Source: a virus
Lineage: Duplodnaviria > Caudoviricetes
IMG/VR virus record: IMGVR_UViG_3300033070_001497
Coordinates: 1-64,000 of that record
Reading direction: 5' to 3' (one strand)
Length of the DNA stretch: 64,000 bases
Below the pieces are notes generated by a model. It saw only the letters and a program-made list of their open reading frames with translations, was not told the origin of the DNA and did no database searches. The position numbers and the translations under genes are program-made. Of the stretch, positions 17,357 to 25,613 are shown one piece after another; position 1 is the first letter of the stretch, and the number at the start of each line of letters is the position of its first letter.

Positions 17357-17526
17357 TCGTCGGTAAGGAAACTGGGTACAACCCGCGGATAGGTGACCGT
17401 CGCTGGGAACGTAACAACGGAAATCGTGCGAAATCATTTGGGCAAAGTCGACTCACCCCATTTGGTAGTACCACGGCTCACCGAAAGCAAGCGCCAGCTA
17501 GGATCGTTCGATTCGATCACCGACGA
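17357..17526 (+). ncRNA. 170-nt RNA closed by a tRNA acceptor/T-arm minihelix
   Basis: TCGTCGGT/ACCGACGA plus GATCG-TTCGATT-CGATC. Confidence 0.5.
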
Positions 17527-17643
17527 CGATTAGGAGAGCGATGCCCTAACAAGGTTCGGGATGTGGATTGGCTTTGGGGTTAACGACAGGGACCTCCACA
17601 TTCGATCAGATCCGATGAGATACGACATCGGAACGTCGCAAAC

Positions 17644-17717
17644 GCTCTGGTGGCGAAACTGGAAAACGCTCTCCCCTTAAAGCGGAGCTACTGTCGGTTC
17701 GAATCCGGCTCAGAGTA
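17644..17717 (+). tRNA. tRNA-Leu(TAA)-like, short variable arm
   Basis: Leu-type D-loop GGCGAAACTGGAAAACGC; loop centred on TAA; no long variable arm. Confidence 0.65.
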
Positions 17718-17722
17718 CAAAT

Positions 17723-17807
17723 GCCCAGCTGGTGAAATGGAAGCCACGTGCGCCTTAGGAGCGCATGCCTCGGAAGAGGCGTCTCGGTTCGAGTCCGAGG
17801 TTGGGTA
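17723..17807 (+). tRNA. tRNA-Leu(TAG)
   Basis: TGCGC-CTTAGGA-GCGCA; long variable arm. Confidence 0.88.
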
Positions 17808-17832
17808 CCGCTGTTAGGGATACATAGCCTCA

Positions 17833-18486
17833 ATGGCTTACAAAGATCCCAAGAAGAGGTTCTGCTTCGTCTACAAGACAACGAACCTCATCAACCAGAA
17901 GTACTACATCGGATGTCATTGTACGTACAAACTCGATGATGGGTACTTAGGAAGTGGAATGAGAATTCGAAGATCGATCAAAAAGTACGGCAAGCAAAAT
18001 TTCAAGCTTGAAGTTCTTGAATTCTTCGAAAGCCGAGAAGAAGCATTGGCTCGAGAGAAAGAATTGATCACTGAAGAGATCTTAAAAGATCCCTTGAACA
18101 TGAACATCCATCCTGGCGGATTAGGCGGTGGCGGATTTGCACTAATGTCAATTGAAAAACGGCGTGAGGCTAATAAACGTGGAGCTCAGACTCAACTAAA
18201 GAAACGTTGGTCTAATCCAGCATCACATCAAGCTCAAAGCCAGTTAATGACCAAGCTCTTGACATCGGGTAAAATTAAAAGGATCGATTGGACTGGCAAG
18301 AAACATTCAAACCAAACGAAAGACAAAATACGAAGCTCTGTTCTTGGAAAGCAAAGTGGATCCATGAACTCACAGTTTGGAAGTTGTTGGATAACCAAAG
18401 ACAAACAGTCGATGAAGATCCGGAAAGACGATATCCAGTCCTATTTAGATCTTGGTTGGCAATTGGGTCGTAAGATGAAACAGTAA
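17833..18486 (+). mobile_element. GIY-YIG (Seg-like) homing endonuclease with NUMOD3 tail
   Basis: FVYKTTNLINQKYYIG..H...DGYLGSG; GKKHS...; AT-richer; located in the tRNA array. Confidence 0.85.
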
Positions 18487-18488
18487 GC

Positions 18489-18572
18489 GGGGCTATGGAG
18501 GAACTGGTAGACTCAAACGGCTGAGAACCGTTGCACTTAATGTGCGTCCGGGTTCGAGTCCCGGTAGCCCTA
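18489..18572 (+). tRNA. tRNA-Leu(GAG)
   Basis: AACGG-CTGAGAA-CCGTT; long variable arm. Confidence 0.88.
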
Positions 18573-18595
18573 CAAAGAATCTGGTAGTGGAAGAC

Positions 18596-18664
18596 TTGGC
18601 AGTAGCTTAACCAAGAGCGCCGGCCTACGAAGCCAGAGGTACGGAGTTGATTCCGTCTGTCAGA
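18596..18664 (+). tRNA. degenerate tRNA-Arg(ACG)
   Basis: CCGGC-CTACGAA-GCCAG; D-loop lacks GG; T-loop non-canonical. Confidence 0.5.
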
Positions 18665-18717
18665 GTTGAAGCGATCAGATTAACTCGATCCGAGGTTCGA
18701 AACTCGATCGAGACCTT

Positions 18718-18789
18718 GGCCGGTTGGTGTAATGGATAGCATCCGACGCTTCGAACGTCGGGATACGGGTTCGAGTCCTGTACTGGTCA
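18718..18789 (+). tRNA. tRNA-Arg(TCG)
   Basis: CGACG-CTTCGAA-CGTCG. Confidence 0.88.
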
Positions 18790-18795
18790 CAACAT

Positions 18796-18869
18796 CGAGG
18801 AGTAGCTTAATGGAGAGCTCTCGCCCTGGAAGCGAGAAGGCGTCCGTTCGACCCGGATCTCCTCGACCA
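18796..18869 (+). tRNA. tRNA-Pro(TGG), C33
   Basis: CTCGC-CCTGGAA-GCGAG; encoded CCA. Confidence 0.82.
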
Positions 18870-18873
18870 ATTT

Positions 18874-18947
18874 CGGAGAGTAGCTTAATTGGCGAAAGTC
18901 CTTGACCGGGAGTCAAGTGGATGTGCGTTCGACTCGCATCTCTCCGA
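18874..18947 (+). tRNA. tRNA-Pro(GGG), C33
   Basis: CTTGA-CCGGGAG-TCAAG. Confidence 0.8.
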
Positions 18948-18952
18948 CGAAT

Positions 18953-19024
18953 GCCGACGTGGTCCAATGGCCAAGACACGTCCCTCATAAGGATGAGACA
19001 ACAGTTCGATTCTGTTCGTCGGTA
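18953..19024 (+). tRNA. tRNA with CAT anticodon (elongator Met or Ile2)
   Basis: CGTCC-CTCATAA-GGATG; lacks the initiator GGG/CCC stem. Confidence 0.82.
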
Positions 19025-19032
19025 CGAACTTT

Positions 19033-19108
19033 GGTCCCGGAAGCTGCTGTTCGTGGCTGCCCGACTGTCTATCGGGTGAGGTGGGTTAGATTCCCATCGG
19101 GACCGCCA
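19033..19108 (+). tRNA. tRNA-Asp(GTC), atypical D-arm
   Basis: CCCGA-CTGTCTA-TCGGG; GCCA end. Confidence 0.65.
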
Positions 19109-19122
19109 AAGGTGAAGTCAAG

Positions 19123-19237
19123 TCACAGGTTTTGCGACGCTGAGAAGCGATAGCGGAAATAGTTCAACCCGGCCAGAACGCCGGCCAGAATGCCGGAAAC
19201 CGCGGTTCAAATCCCGATCTGCGAGTGGAACCTGTGA
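19123..19237 (+). ncRNA. tRNA-like module nested in an outer stem
   Basis: TCACAGGTT/AACCTGTGA encloses a D-arm, a CCGGC-CAGAAT-GCCGG arm (6-nt loop) and a TTCAAAT T-loop. Confidence 0.45.
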
Positions 19238-19282
19238 TGAGATGGAGCGCCGGTCTGTGGTCGCGAACTCAGGTCGGAATAC

Positions 19283-19354
19283 GGCTCATTGGTATAGTGG
19301 TTAACATATCGCACTGTCACTGCGAAGTCTCGGGTTCGATTCCCGAATGAGCCG
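19283..19354 (+). tRNA. tRNA-Asp(GTC)
   Basis: TCGCA-CTGTCAC-TGCGA. Confidence 0.88.
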
Positions 19355-19399
19355 CCGTCCTAGTACCCATGATACAGTTGAACAGCAAAGAACACGATC

Positions 19400-19650
19400 C
19401 ATAGCAGCTGGAAATGCTAGCGGCAGAGGCGAGCCGATCCAGCAAAAAATGAAAGCCCATCAAGATCGAGGATCTACCAGATTCAAACGCTTGCATGCTC
19501 AAGGCAAGATCAAGTACAACACATTCGCTGGCCGAAAGCACAATCCAGAAGCCATTGAACGAATGAAATTGGCTCATGCCGGCCAACAAACAGAATCCAG
19601 AAATTCCCAGTTTGGATCCTGTTGGGTACAGAAGGATGGCACTTCAAAAT
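19400..19650 (+). pseudogene. remnant of a GIY-YIG/NUMOD3 homing endonuclease C-terminus
   Basis: GKIKYNTFAGRKH...NSQFGSCWVQKDG parallels GKIKRIDWTGKKH...NSQFGSCWITKD of 17833-18486; no nuclease domain. Boundaries approximate. Confidence 0.65.
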
Positions 19651-19651
19651 T

Positions 19652-19722
19652 GCCTTGCAGGTGTTTTGGCTGCATGTCTGCCTTCCAAGCAGAGGGAACC
19701 GGTTCGATTCCGGTGCAGGGCT
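19652..19722 (+). tRNA. tRNA-Gly(TCC)
   Basis: TCTGC-CTTCCAA-GCAGA. Confidence 0.82.
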
Positions 19723-19736
19723 TTCATGACGAAATT

Positions 19737-19821
19737 GCCCAGGTGGCGGAATGGCAGACGCGTGCGTTTCAGGAACGCATGTCCTAGCGGCGTGAGGGTT
19801 TGAGTCTCTCCTTGGGCACCA
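19737..19821 (+). tRNA. tRNA-Leu(CAG)
   Basis: TGCGT-TTCAGGA-ACGCA; encoded CCA. Confidence 0.88.
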
Positions 19822-19844
19822 GGTGGCGGTGAATAGATACCGCC

Positions 19845-20186
19845 ATGAAAGACATCCTCTCGTTCAACGACTTCAAGGCTGAGCGCCTGAACGAATCGGT
19901 GACCCTCAGCAAGAGGAGCGCACCGCGCGACATTACCAAGGACAGCAAATCCATCGCCGGACGGGTCAAGAACCTGATCGGCGAGATGGGCCAGATGTCC
20001 TATGAGGACCTCAAGAATGCGTTCAGGAACATCGTCACCGACGAGGAAGGGACGAATGCCTCGCCTGAGACCCGCGCAAAGTGGATCCAAGCCCTGGCAA
20101 AGTCCACCGGCAAGGTGAGCCTGATGCAGACCATCACGAACATCTACCTCGGTGGCGCCGGCTGGAAGCTGGACCGAGGAGCCTAA
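19845..20186 (+). CDS. hypothetical protein, putative internal head protein
   Basis: AATAGATA box upstream; N-terminus MKDILSFNDFKAERLNES. Confidence 0.7.
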   Translation: MKDILSFNDFKAERLNESVTLSKRSAPRDITKDSKSIAGRVKNLIGEMGQMSYEDLKNAFRNIVTDEEGTNASPETRAKWIQALAKSTGKVSLMQTITNIYLGGAGWKLDRGA

Positions 20187-20187
20187 A

Positions 20188-20272
20188 GCCCGGGTGGCGA
20201 AAAGGTAGACGCGTCGGTTTCAAAAACCGATGCCACGAAAGTGGCGTGTGGGTTCGAGTCCCACTTCGGGCA
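20188..20272 (+). tRNA. tRNA-Leu(CAA)
   Basis: TCGGT-TTCAAAA-ACCGA; long variable arm. Confidence 0.88.
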
Positions 20273-20336
20273 CAATGTGATCTGGCAAGCCACGGCCAAC
20301 CTCGTTGAATTCTGGCATAGGATCTGAGAGCCGTTT

Positions 20337-20726
20337 ATGGCAGCATCAGACATGAAGACCGAAGTCAAGAGGAGCAAACTTGGTGGCCGAGGAGTGTTCG
20401 CCACGAAGGACATCAGGAAAGGCGAGGTGATCGAGAGGGCCGAGATCATCAGGTTCAAGCGCGGCGATAACAAGCACCTCGAACAGACGGCCATCCTCGA
20501 CTACTACTTCGACGATGGCAAGCGCGGCACCTACCTGGCATTGGGCAACGGTTCCCTGTACAACCACGCCGATGATCCGAACTGCTTCGTTCTGATGAAC
20601 ACGGATTCCAAGGATCGGTTGGTCTACATGGCCAGGAAGCCGATCAAGAAGGGCGAGGAGATCACATTCCACTACTACGGCTTGCCTGGCACCAAGTCAG
20701 AGATGTGGTTCAAGAAGAAGGAGTAG
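20337..20726 (+). CDS. SET-domain lysine methyltransferase
   Basis: GRGVFATKDIRKGE...SLYNHADDPN...ARKPIKKGEEITFHY. Confidence 0.88.
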   Translation: MAASDMKTEVKRSKLGGRGVFATKDIRKGEVIERAEIIRFKRGDNKHLEQTAILDYYFDDGKRGTYLALGNGSLYNHADDPNCFVLMNTDSKDRLVYMARKPIKKGEEITFHYYGLPGTKSEMWFKKKE

Positions 20727-20798
20727 CGAGGTGTAGCTTAATGGCAGAGCGCACGCTTCGGGAGCGTGTAGGCGTCCGTTCGACCCGGATCACCTCGA
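20727..20798 (+). tRNA. tRNA-Pro(CGG)
   Basis: CACGC-TTCGGGA-GCGTG. Confidence 0.85.
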
Positions 20799-20806
20799 CT
20801 GATTAT

Positions 20807-20878
20807 GGTTCCATAGTTCAATGGATAGAATAGTGGCCCGCGAAGCCTCTGATTCGGGTTCGAATCCCGATGGAACTT
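20807..20878 (+). tRNA. tRNA-Arg(GCG), C33
   Basis: GTGGC-CCGCGAA-GCCTC; A20-type D-loop GGATA. Confidence 0.72.
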
Positions 20879-20980
20879 CAAATGCGAGACAGTATGTCCC
20901 TGAAAATAGATAGGAGACATGAGATAACCAGGGCATAGAGTCGTAGGATCTGCGCCAGAAACGAAGCAACAGGAAGCGCC

Positions 20981-21445
20981 ATGAAAAACAGGAAGTTCAA
21001 ATCCCTTGGCACGTACAAGGAAGTGGACCTGATCCCTTACCTCAAGGAGAAACTCGCCGAGAGGGACGACATCAAGCTCTACATCGGCACCGACAGCCAG
21101 AACGTGAAGCGCAAGACGGTCTACGCCGTCGTGATCGTGCTGCACTACGGCAACAACGGTGGCCACGTCATCTACTCGAGGATCGAGGTCCCACGGATCC
21201 GCGACATGTTCACTAAGCTCTGGAGGGAAGTCGAGGACTCGATCGCCCTCGCAAAGTACCTCGTCGAGAACGGGATCATGGAGCCGACCTACATCGACAT
21301 CGACTTCAACCCTGACCCGAAGTACGATTCCAACACGATCCTGAGGGCAGCCCTCGGTTACGTCGAGGCATCTGGCTTCAAGCCTAGGTCGAAGCCTGAC
21401 GCTATGGCCGCTTCACACGTCGCTGACCACATCGTGAACTCGTAG
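20981..21445 (+). CDS. RNase H-like YkuK (DUF458) protein
   Basis: LYIGTDSQ...KLWREVEDS...IDID...KPDAMAASHVAD. Confidence 0.8.
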   Translation: MKNRKFKSLGTYKEVDLIPYLKEKLAERDDIKLYIGTDSQNVKRKTVYAVVIVLHYGNNGGHVIYSRIEVPRIRDMFTKLWREVEDSIALAKYLVENGIMEPTYIDIDFNPDPKYDSNTILRAALGYVEASGFKPRSKPDAMAASHVADHIVNS

Positions 21446-21497
21446 GAACGATAAATCTGTCGTCTGGAGTCCACAGTTCGTTAACCATACCTATCGC

Positions 21498-22193
21498 ATC
21501 AAAATCATTAGCAGCTTTCGGGACTACTACGATCGGCATGAGCTGAACGATCCGGTCTACGTGCGTGAGACGGTGGAGGTCAAGGATATCCCAACGCTCA
21601 GGGCCCATGAGCACTGGCTCGAGAAGTTGCGTGGCGAGTTGAAGTACTTCTTCCCTAACAAGAAGACTGGCTCGAGCGGAGGTTTCGTCGACGTAATGCC
21701 GAGCATGCTCGCTTTTTGTGGCAAAGCTTTCGTCTGGTACGAGTGCCACAGGAAGGAGCTCTTGTTCGACGACCACGATTCGCTCATGGAATTCGTCGGA
21801 AAGGAAAAATGGAACTATTGGCGCAAGGAGCAGAACCAATCTCGGGCCGAATGGGAGAGGCTGCAATTGGTCGGCGCTATCGAGCTCAACCACCTCCACT
21901 CAAGCCCAATAGTGCTGGTTACCAAGACCAAGCTGGCAAGGTTCTCCTATGGCAACCGGGTCGATTCGGCTGTCTCGGTCACTATCAACCCTAACCTGAA
22001 AGGCCTCGGGTTCAACCGTTACATGGGCGCCGATCAATGCCACCAGGAGATCGAGATGTTCATAGGCGGCGTGCTTGCGGCAAAGGAGAATACGAGCAAC
22101 TCAATGAACGACAAGGAGAAGATCCTGTCACATGGCATGGATCTACGCTGGTCGTTCAGGAACCCAGAACCACCGAAACGCAAACGCAAATGA
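21498..22193 (+). CDS. hypothetical protein (possible ATC start)
   Basis: The frame extends 21 codons upstream of GTG 21561 as (I)KIISSFRDYYD. Confidence 0.65.
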   Translation: MKIISSFRDYYDRHELNDPVYVRETVEVKDIPTLRAHEHWLEKLRGELKYFFPNKKTGSSGGFVDVMPSMLAFCGKAFVWYECHRKELLFDDHDSLMEFVGKEKWNYWRKEQNQSRAEWERLQLVGAIELNHLHSSPIVLVTKTKLARFSYGNRVDSAVSVTINPNLKGLGFNRYMGADQCHQEIEMFIGGVLAAKENTSNSMNDKEKILSHGMDLRWSFRNPEPPKRKRK

Positions 22194-22363
22194 GGAAGAA
22201 GCGGTGCACGAAATGCGGAACACTGACCCACGATTGGGAGGATGCCGGAGGAATCCGATGTTGGCCATGTGGCCGCCAAGCTAGGATCCAAGAAAATCCA
22301 ACCATAGCATTCAACCCACATGAGAGTTCTTTTCCTCGACATCGACGGAGTTCTCAACAGTGA
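22190..22363 (+). CDS. small Zn-ribbon protein
   Basis: MRKKRCTKCG...CWPC; ATGA-coupled. Confidence 0.5.
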   Translation: MRKKRCTKCGTLTHDWEDAGGIRCWPCGRQARIQENPTIAFNPHESSFPRHRRSSQQ

Positions 22364-22829
22364 TGATTGGGACGATCGTCTCCGTGACGACCGTGCCAAG
22401 CCGATCATCGATCAGTACCCTTATTGTCTGTTCGATCCAGACGCCATCTCGAGGCTCAACAGGATCCATGCTGAAACCAGCTGCTTGCTCGTTGTCTCAA
22501 GCATGTGGAGGACCGGGCACACAGAAACACAGCTCCAGGGCATCTTCGACCGGGTAGGAATCATTCCAAGGATCCACTCATACACTCCAATCGGACAGTT
22601 CCAACACCCATCTGGCCTCTGGTCAGCCGGGACCAGGGGAGAGGAGATCGCGGCTTGGCAACGCGAGAACGAGTTCAACTACGCCAACAACCGCTACGTC
22701 ATCTTGGACGATCTTAAGGACGAGTGGCTGGAGTGCCAGCTTCCGTACCTTGTACAGACCGATTTCGACTCTGGGCTCACCGATGAGTTGACCGATCGGG
22801 CAATAGCGATCCTGCTCGCGGCAAAGTAG
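22320..22829 (+). CDS. HAD-domain protein (RNA-repair 'Swiss army knife' type)
   Basis: LFLDIDGVLN, VVSSMWR, RGEEI..W, YVILDD. Confidence 0.8.
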   Translation: MRVLFLDIDGVLNSDDWDDRLRDDRAKPIIDQYPYCLFDPDAISRLNRIHAETSCLLVVSSMWRTGHTETQLQGIFDRVGIIPRIHSYTPIGQFQHPSGLWSAGTRGEEIAAWQRENEFNYANNRYVILDDLKDEWLECQLPYLVQTDFDSGLTDELTDRAIAILLAAK

Positions 22830-22841
22830 TATTTTTGCCGC

Positions 22842-23645
22842 ATGCATTACATCATCCAGGAGAACCTCTTCAGGGAGCCGAACTACGACATGCTGGTCTC
22901 GATCCTTGAGAGGCTGCGATCGACACAGGGCCCAGACGGAGGATTCCAGGTGGTGAAGATCGTGCCGTTCACGAGGGAGATCGTGTTCGAGCGCACGCCG
23001 CCCACGAGCAACGTCTTCTGCTTCGGTTCGGTCAAGATGGCGAGGATCGCTTCCGACTATGGTTGGACACCCGGCTCGTTCATGAACGAGAACCACGACT
23101 ATCGTGTCTACAGCGAGCGGTACGGAAAGGACCAACTCCTCAATGGAGATTCCATCGTATGTAGATTCGCCGACAGTTTCGCTCCGCCAGGGCACATCTT
23201 CTTCGCGCGGCCATGCGAGGACACCAAGACCTTCTCTGGGCAGCTCTTCATCAAGGACTCATGGGATGAGTTCGTGAAGAACAGCCTCGGCAGCGGACAC
23301 ACGACCACACTGAACGCCGACACCGCGATCCAGATCGCCTCGCTCAAGGAGATCCAACGCGAGGTGAGGGTCTGGATAGTGAAAGGACAGGTAGTCACTG
23401 CATCCCAGTACAGGCTTGGCACCCAGGTCATCTACTCCGAGTGCACCGAGCCCTACATCCTCGACTACGCTAGGGAGATGGCAAAGGTCTACCAGCCAGC
23501 GGAGGCCTTCGTCCTGGACGTCGCGATGACGGACAAGGGCCCAAGGATCATAGAGGTCAGCTGCATCAACTGTGTCGGCTTCTACAGGGCCGACATGTCG
23601 AAGCTGATCAATTCCCTTGAAGAGGCTTTCACCGTTCAGCCGTAA
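22842..23645 (+). CDS. ATP-grasp domain protein (DUF4343/R2K-like)
   Basis: FARPCEDTKTFSG, REVRVWIVKG..VTASQY, FVLDVA...IIEV. Confidence 0.75.
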   Translation: MHYIIQENLFREPNYDMLVSILERLRSTQGPDGGFQVVKIVPFTREIVFERTPPTSNVFCFGSVKMARIASDYGWTPGSFMNENHDYRVYSERYGKDQLLNGDSIVCRFADSFAPPGHIFFARPCEDTKTFSGQLFIKDSWDEFVKNSLGSGHTTTLNADTAIQIASLKEIQREVRVWIVKGQVVTASQYRLGTQVIYSECTEPYILDYAREMAKVYQPAEAFVLDVAMTDKGPRIIEVSCINCVGFYRADMSKLINSLEEAFTVQP

Positions 23646-23663
23646 GTTGTTATCTTTGCATCC

Positions 23664-24572
23664 ATGAAGAGGATCCCACAGACCACTTTCACGATTGGCG
23701 TCCCAGGGTCTGGGAAGTCCACTTTCGCCCTCAAGCTGATCAAGTCCGATGCGCGATACGTCCGTGTCAACCGTGATGACATCCGGAAGATGATCAAGGA
23801 TGCTCCTCTGTTGGAGCCTAAGCTCGAGGATCTCGTCACACAGATCCAGAACGATGCGATGGTGAATGCGCTCGTGACTGGCAACAATGTGATCGTCGAC
23901 AACACGCATTGCCGCCTCGAGCACCTCGAGGAAGCAGTCGAGCTCGCGAGGCAGTATTCTAACGTGGACTTCAAGTACTTCCCGATCGAGGTGGACTTGG
24001 CAGTGGAGCGCGATGCGGCAAGGCCCAATCCGGTCGGCCGAGCGGTCATCGAGCGGATGCATAAGCGGCTCTCCGGATGGATAGGAAACTTCGATCACCG
24101 AGGAGGCCTGGCTGCCAAGCCGAGGCCGATCATCCTCGGCGGCGGCAACCCTGAGCTGCCGGAAGCAGTCATGTTCGACATCGACGGTACCCTCGCGCAC
24201 ATGCAAGGGAGGAGCCCATTCGATTGGCAACGTGTGTTTGAGGATGCACCTAACCCGATCGTCATCGAGCAGGCGAAGTACCACAAGGAGAAGGGCCGTC
24301 GGCTGATCCTCCTCTCTGGCCGAGATGAGGAGTGCCGGCAGATCACATTGGACTGGATGGAATTCCATGGCATCGTGCCAGACGACCTCTTCATGCGACC
24401 ACGTGGCAGCTTTGAGAAGGATTCGATCGTCAAGCGTCGGATCTACGAGACTGAGATCCTTGGAAAGTACAACGTCATGGCGGTCTACGACGACAGACTC
24501 CAGGTCATCGAGATGTGGAACAAGCTTGGGCTCTTCGTCTTCAACGTCAACCAAGGAAACATCCGATTCTGA
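23664..24572 (+). CDS. pseT: polynucleotide 5'-kinase/3'-phosphatase (T4 PseT-like)
   Basis: GVPGSGKST, NRDDIR, FDIDGTLA, LSGR, YDDR. Confidence 0.9.
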   Translation: MKRIPQTTFTIGVPGSGKSTFALKLIKSDARYVRVNRDDIRKMIKDAPLLEPKLEDLVTQIQNDAMVNALVTGNNVIVDNTHCRLEHLEEAVELARQYSNVDFKYFPIEVDLAVERDAARPNPVGRAVIERMHKRLSGWIGNFDHRGGLAAKPRPIILGGGNPELPEAVMFDIDGTLAHMQGRSPFDWQRVFEDAPNPIVIEQAKYHKEKGRRLILLSGRDEECRQITLDWMEFHGIVPDDLFMRPRGSFEKDSIVKRRIYETEILGKYNVMAVYDDRLQVIEMWNKLGLFVFNVNQGNIRF

Positions 24573-25231
24573 TGAAGACCATCGAGGCCCAACTCATCGA
24601 CTTCAAGAAAGACATCGTCGAGTTCAGGCCTCGGCCTGGCCTCTTCACGAGTGACACCTTCAGGTACGCGGACGGGAAGTGGATCCCAGACGATGGCGAG
24701 TACGACACCGCGTTCATCTGCATGAATGCCAAGCTCGTCGAGAACAAAGGGTACAAGGTCTGTCTCTACTTCGAGCCTCCTTACCGGAAGAACATCAGGT
24801 GGTCCTGGTGCGATGGGCACTGGAGCGCGACCGATGAGCGACACCCAGATGGCAACGCTTGGCATTACATGCTTGTGCCAGGCACGAACGTTTGGGGCGA
24901 ATGGGAACGACACCGCCATCCGAACGAGGTCGCCAAAGAATCCGGCTTTGAGTGGATGCGTGGTAATGGTGGCTGCAATGGAGTTGCAATCTGTCTCAAA
25001 CCGACCGATCAGCACATCCAGGAAGGTCTCGCTCGCATCAAAGGTTCTGGACATGTGATCGCGCCACCGGCCAAACCGGTCTGCATGTACTGCTCGAGCC
25101 CTAAACAACTCGCTAGCGGATTAGATCAGATCGCGTGCCTCGTCAAGCGGCACATCATGAATAGCCCACACAGGCCAGACGCTGAAGACGAGCTCAGGGT
25201 TCTGGTGAATCGGGCGATAAAGGAAGCGTGA
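24572..25231 (+). CDS. hypothetical protein
   Basis: Start at ATG 24572, coupled to the PNK stop. Confidence 0.65.
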   Translation: MKTIEAQLIDFKKDIVEFRPRPGLFTSDTFRYADGKWIPDDGEYDTAFICMNAKLVENKGYKVCLYFEPPYRKNIRWSWCDGHWSATDERHPDGNAWHYMLVPGTNVWGEWERHRHPNEVAKESGFEWMRGNGGCNGVAICLKPTDQHIQEGLARIKGSGHVIAPPAKPVCMYCSSPKQLASGLDQIACLVKRHIMNSPHRPDAEDELRVLVNRAIKEA

Positions 25232-25613
25232 TGGAACCGATAGCCAGAGTCTCGAACCGTGTCATCCGTTGGGGTTCGACCGGTTCAAGGGCGCCAAGGG
25301 GTCAGAGCGATGGAGTGGAAGCCGTTACCGATGAGATCGGAAGGTCACGCTATCTCATCTCTGATGGCATGTCGACTGTAGATGGCTACCAGTTCATCAA
25401 GATCATCGGTGCCAGGGCAGAGATCCTGTCAGGCGCAAAACCGACTCGGATTGTAGGGGCAGTTGGCACTGTCGTGGATCGATCTGTTCTCAGACCCACA
25501 ACGGTGAAGTGGTCCAGTTATCCGTCAAACTCGATGGACACAAGGACTTCGGCCACGGAGAGGGCACCTATACGGTCGAACAGTGGAAGGTCCGCCTGAC
25601 CCAGGCCGAATGA
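25228..25613 (+). CDS. hypothetical protein, possibly frameshifted
   Basis: The track ORF ends at 25599, but a -1 frame from about 25490 ends at TGA 25613, coupled to the next ATG. Confidence 0.45.

Noticed and set aside
17357-17526. tmRNA
   Set aside because: Too short, no G3-U70 alanine identity pair and no evident tag ORF.
17644-17717. Ochre suppressor (TTA anticodon)
   Set aside because: Loop symmetry puts TAA at 34-36 after U33, and the D-loop is Leu-type.
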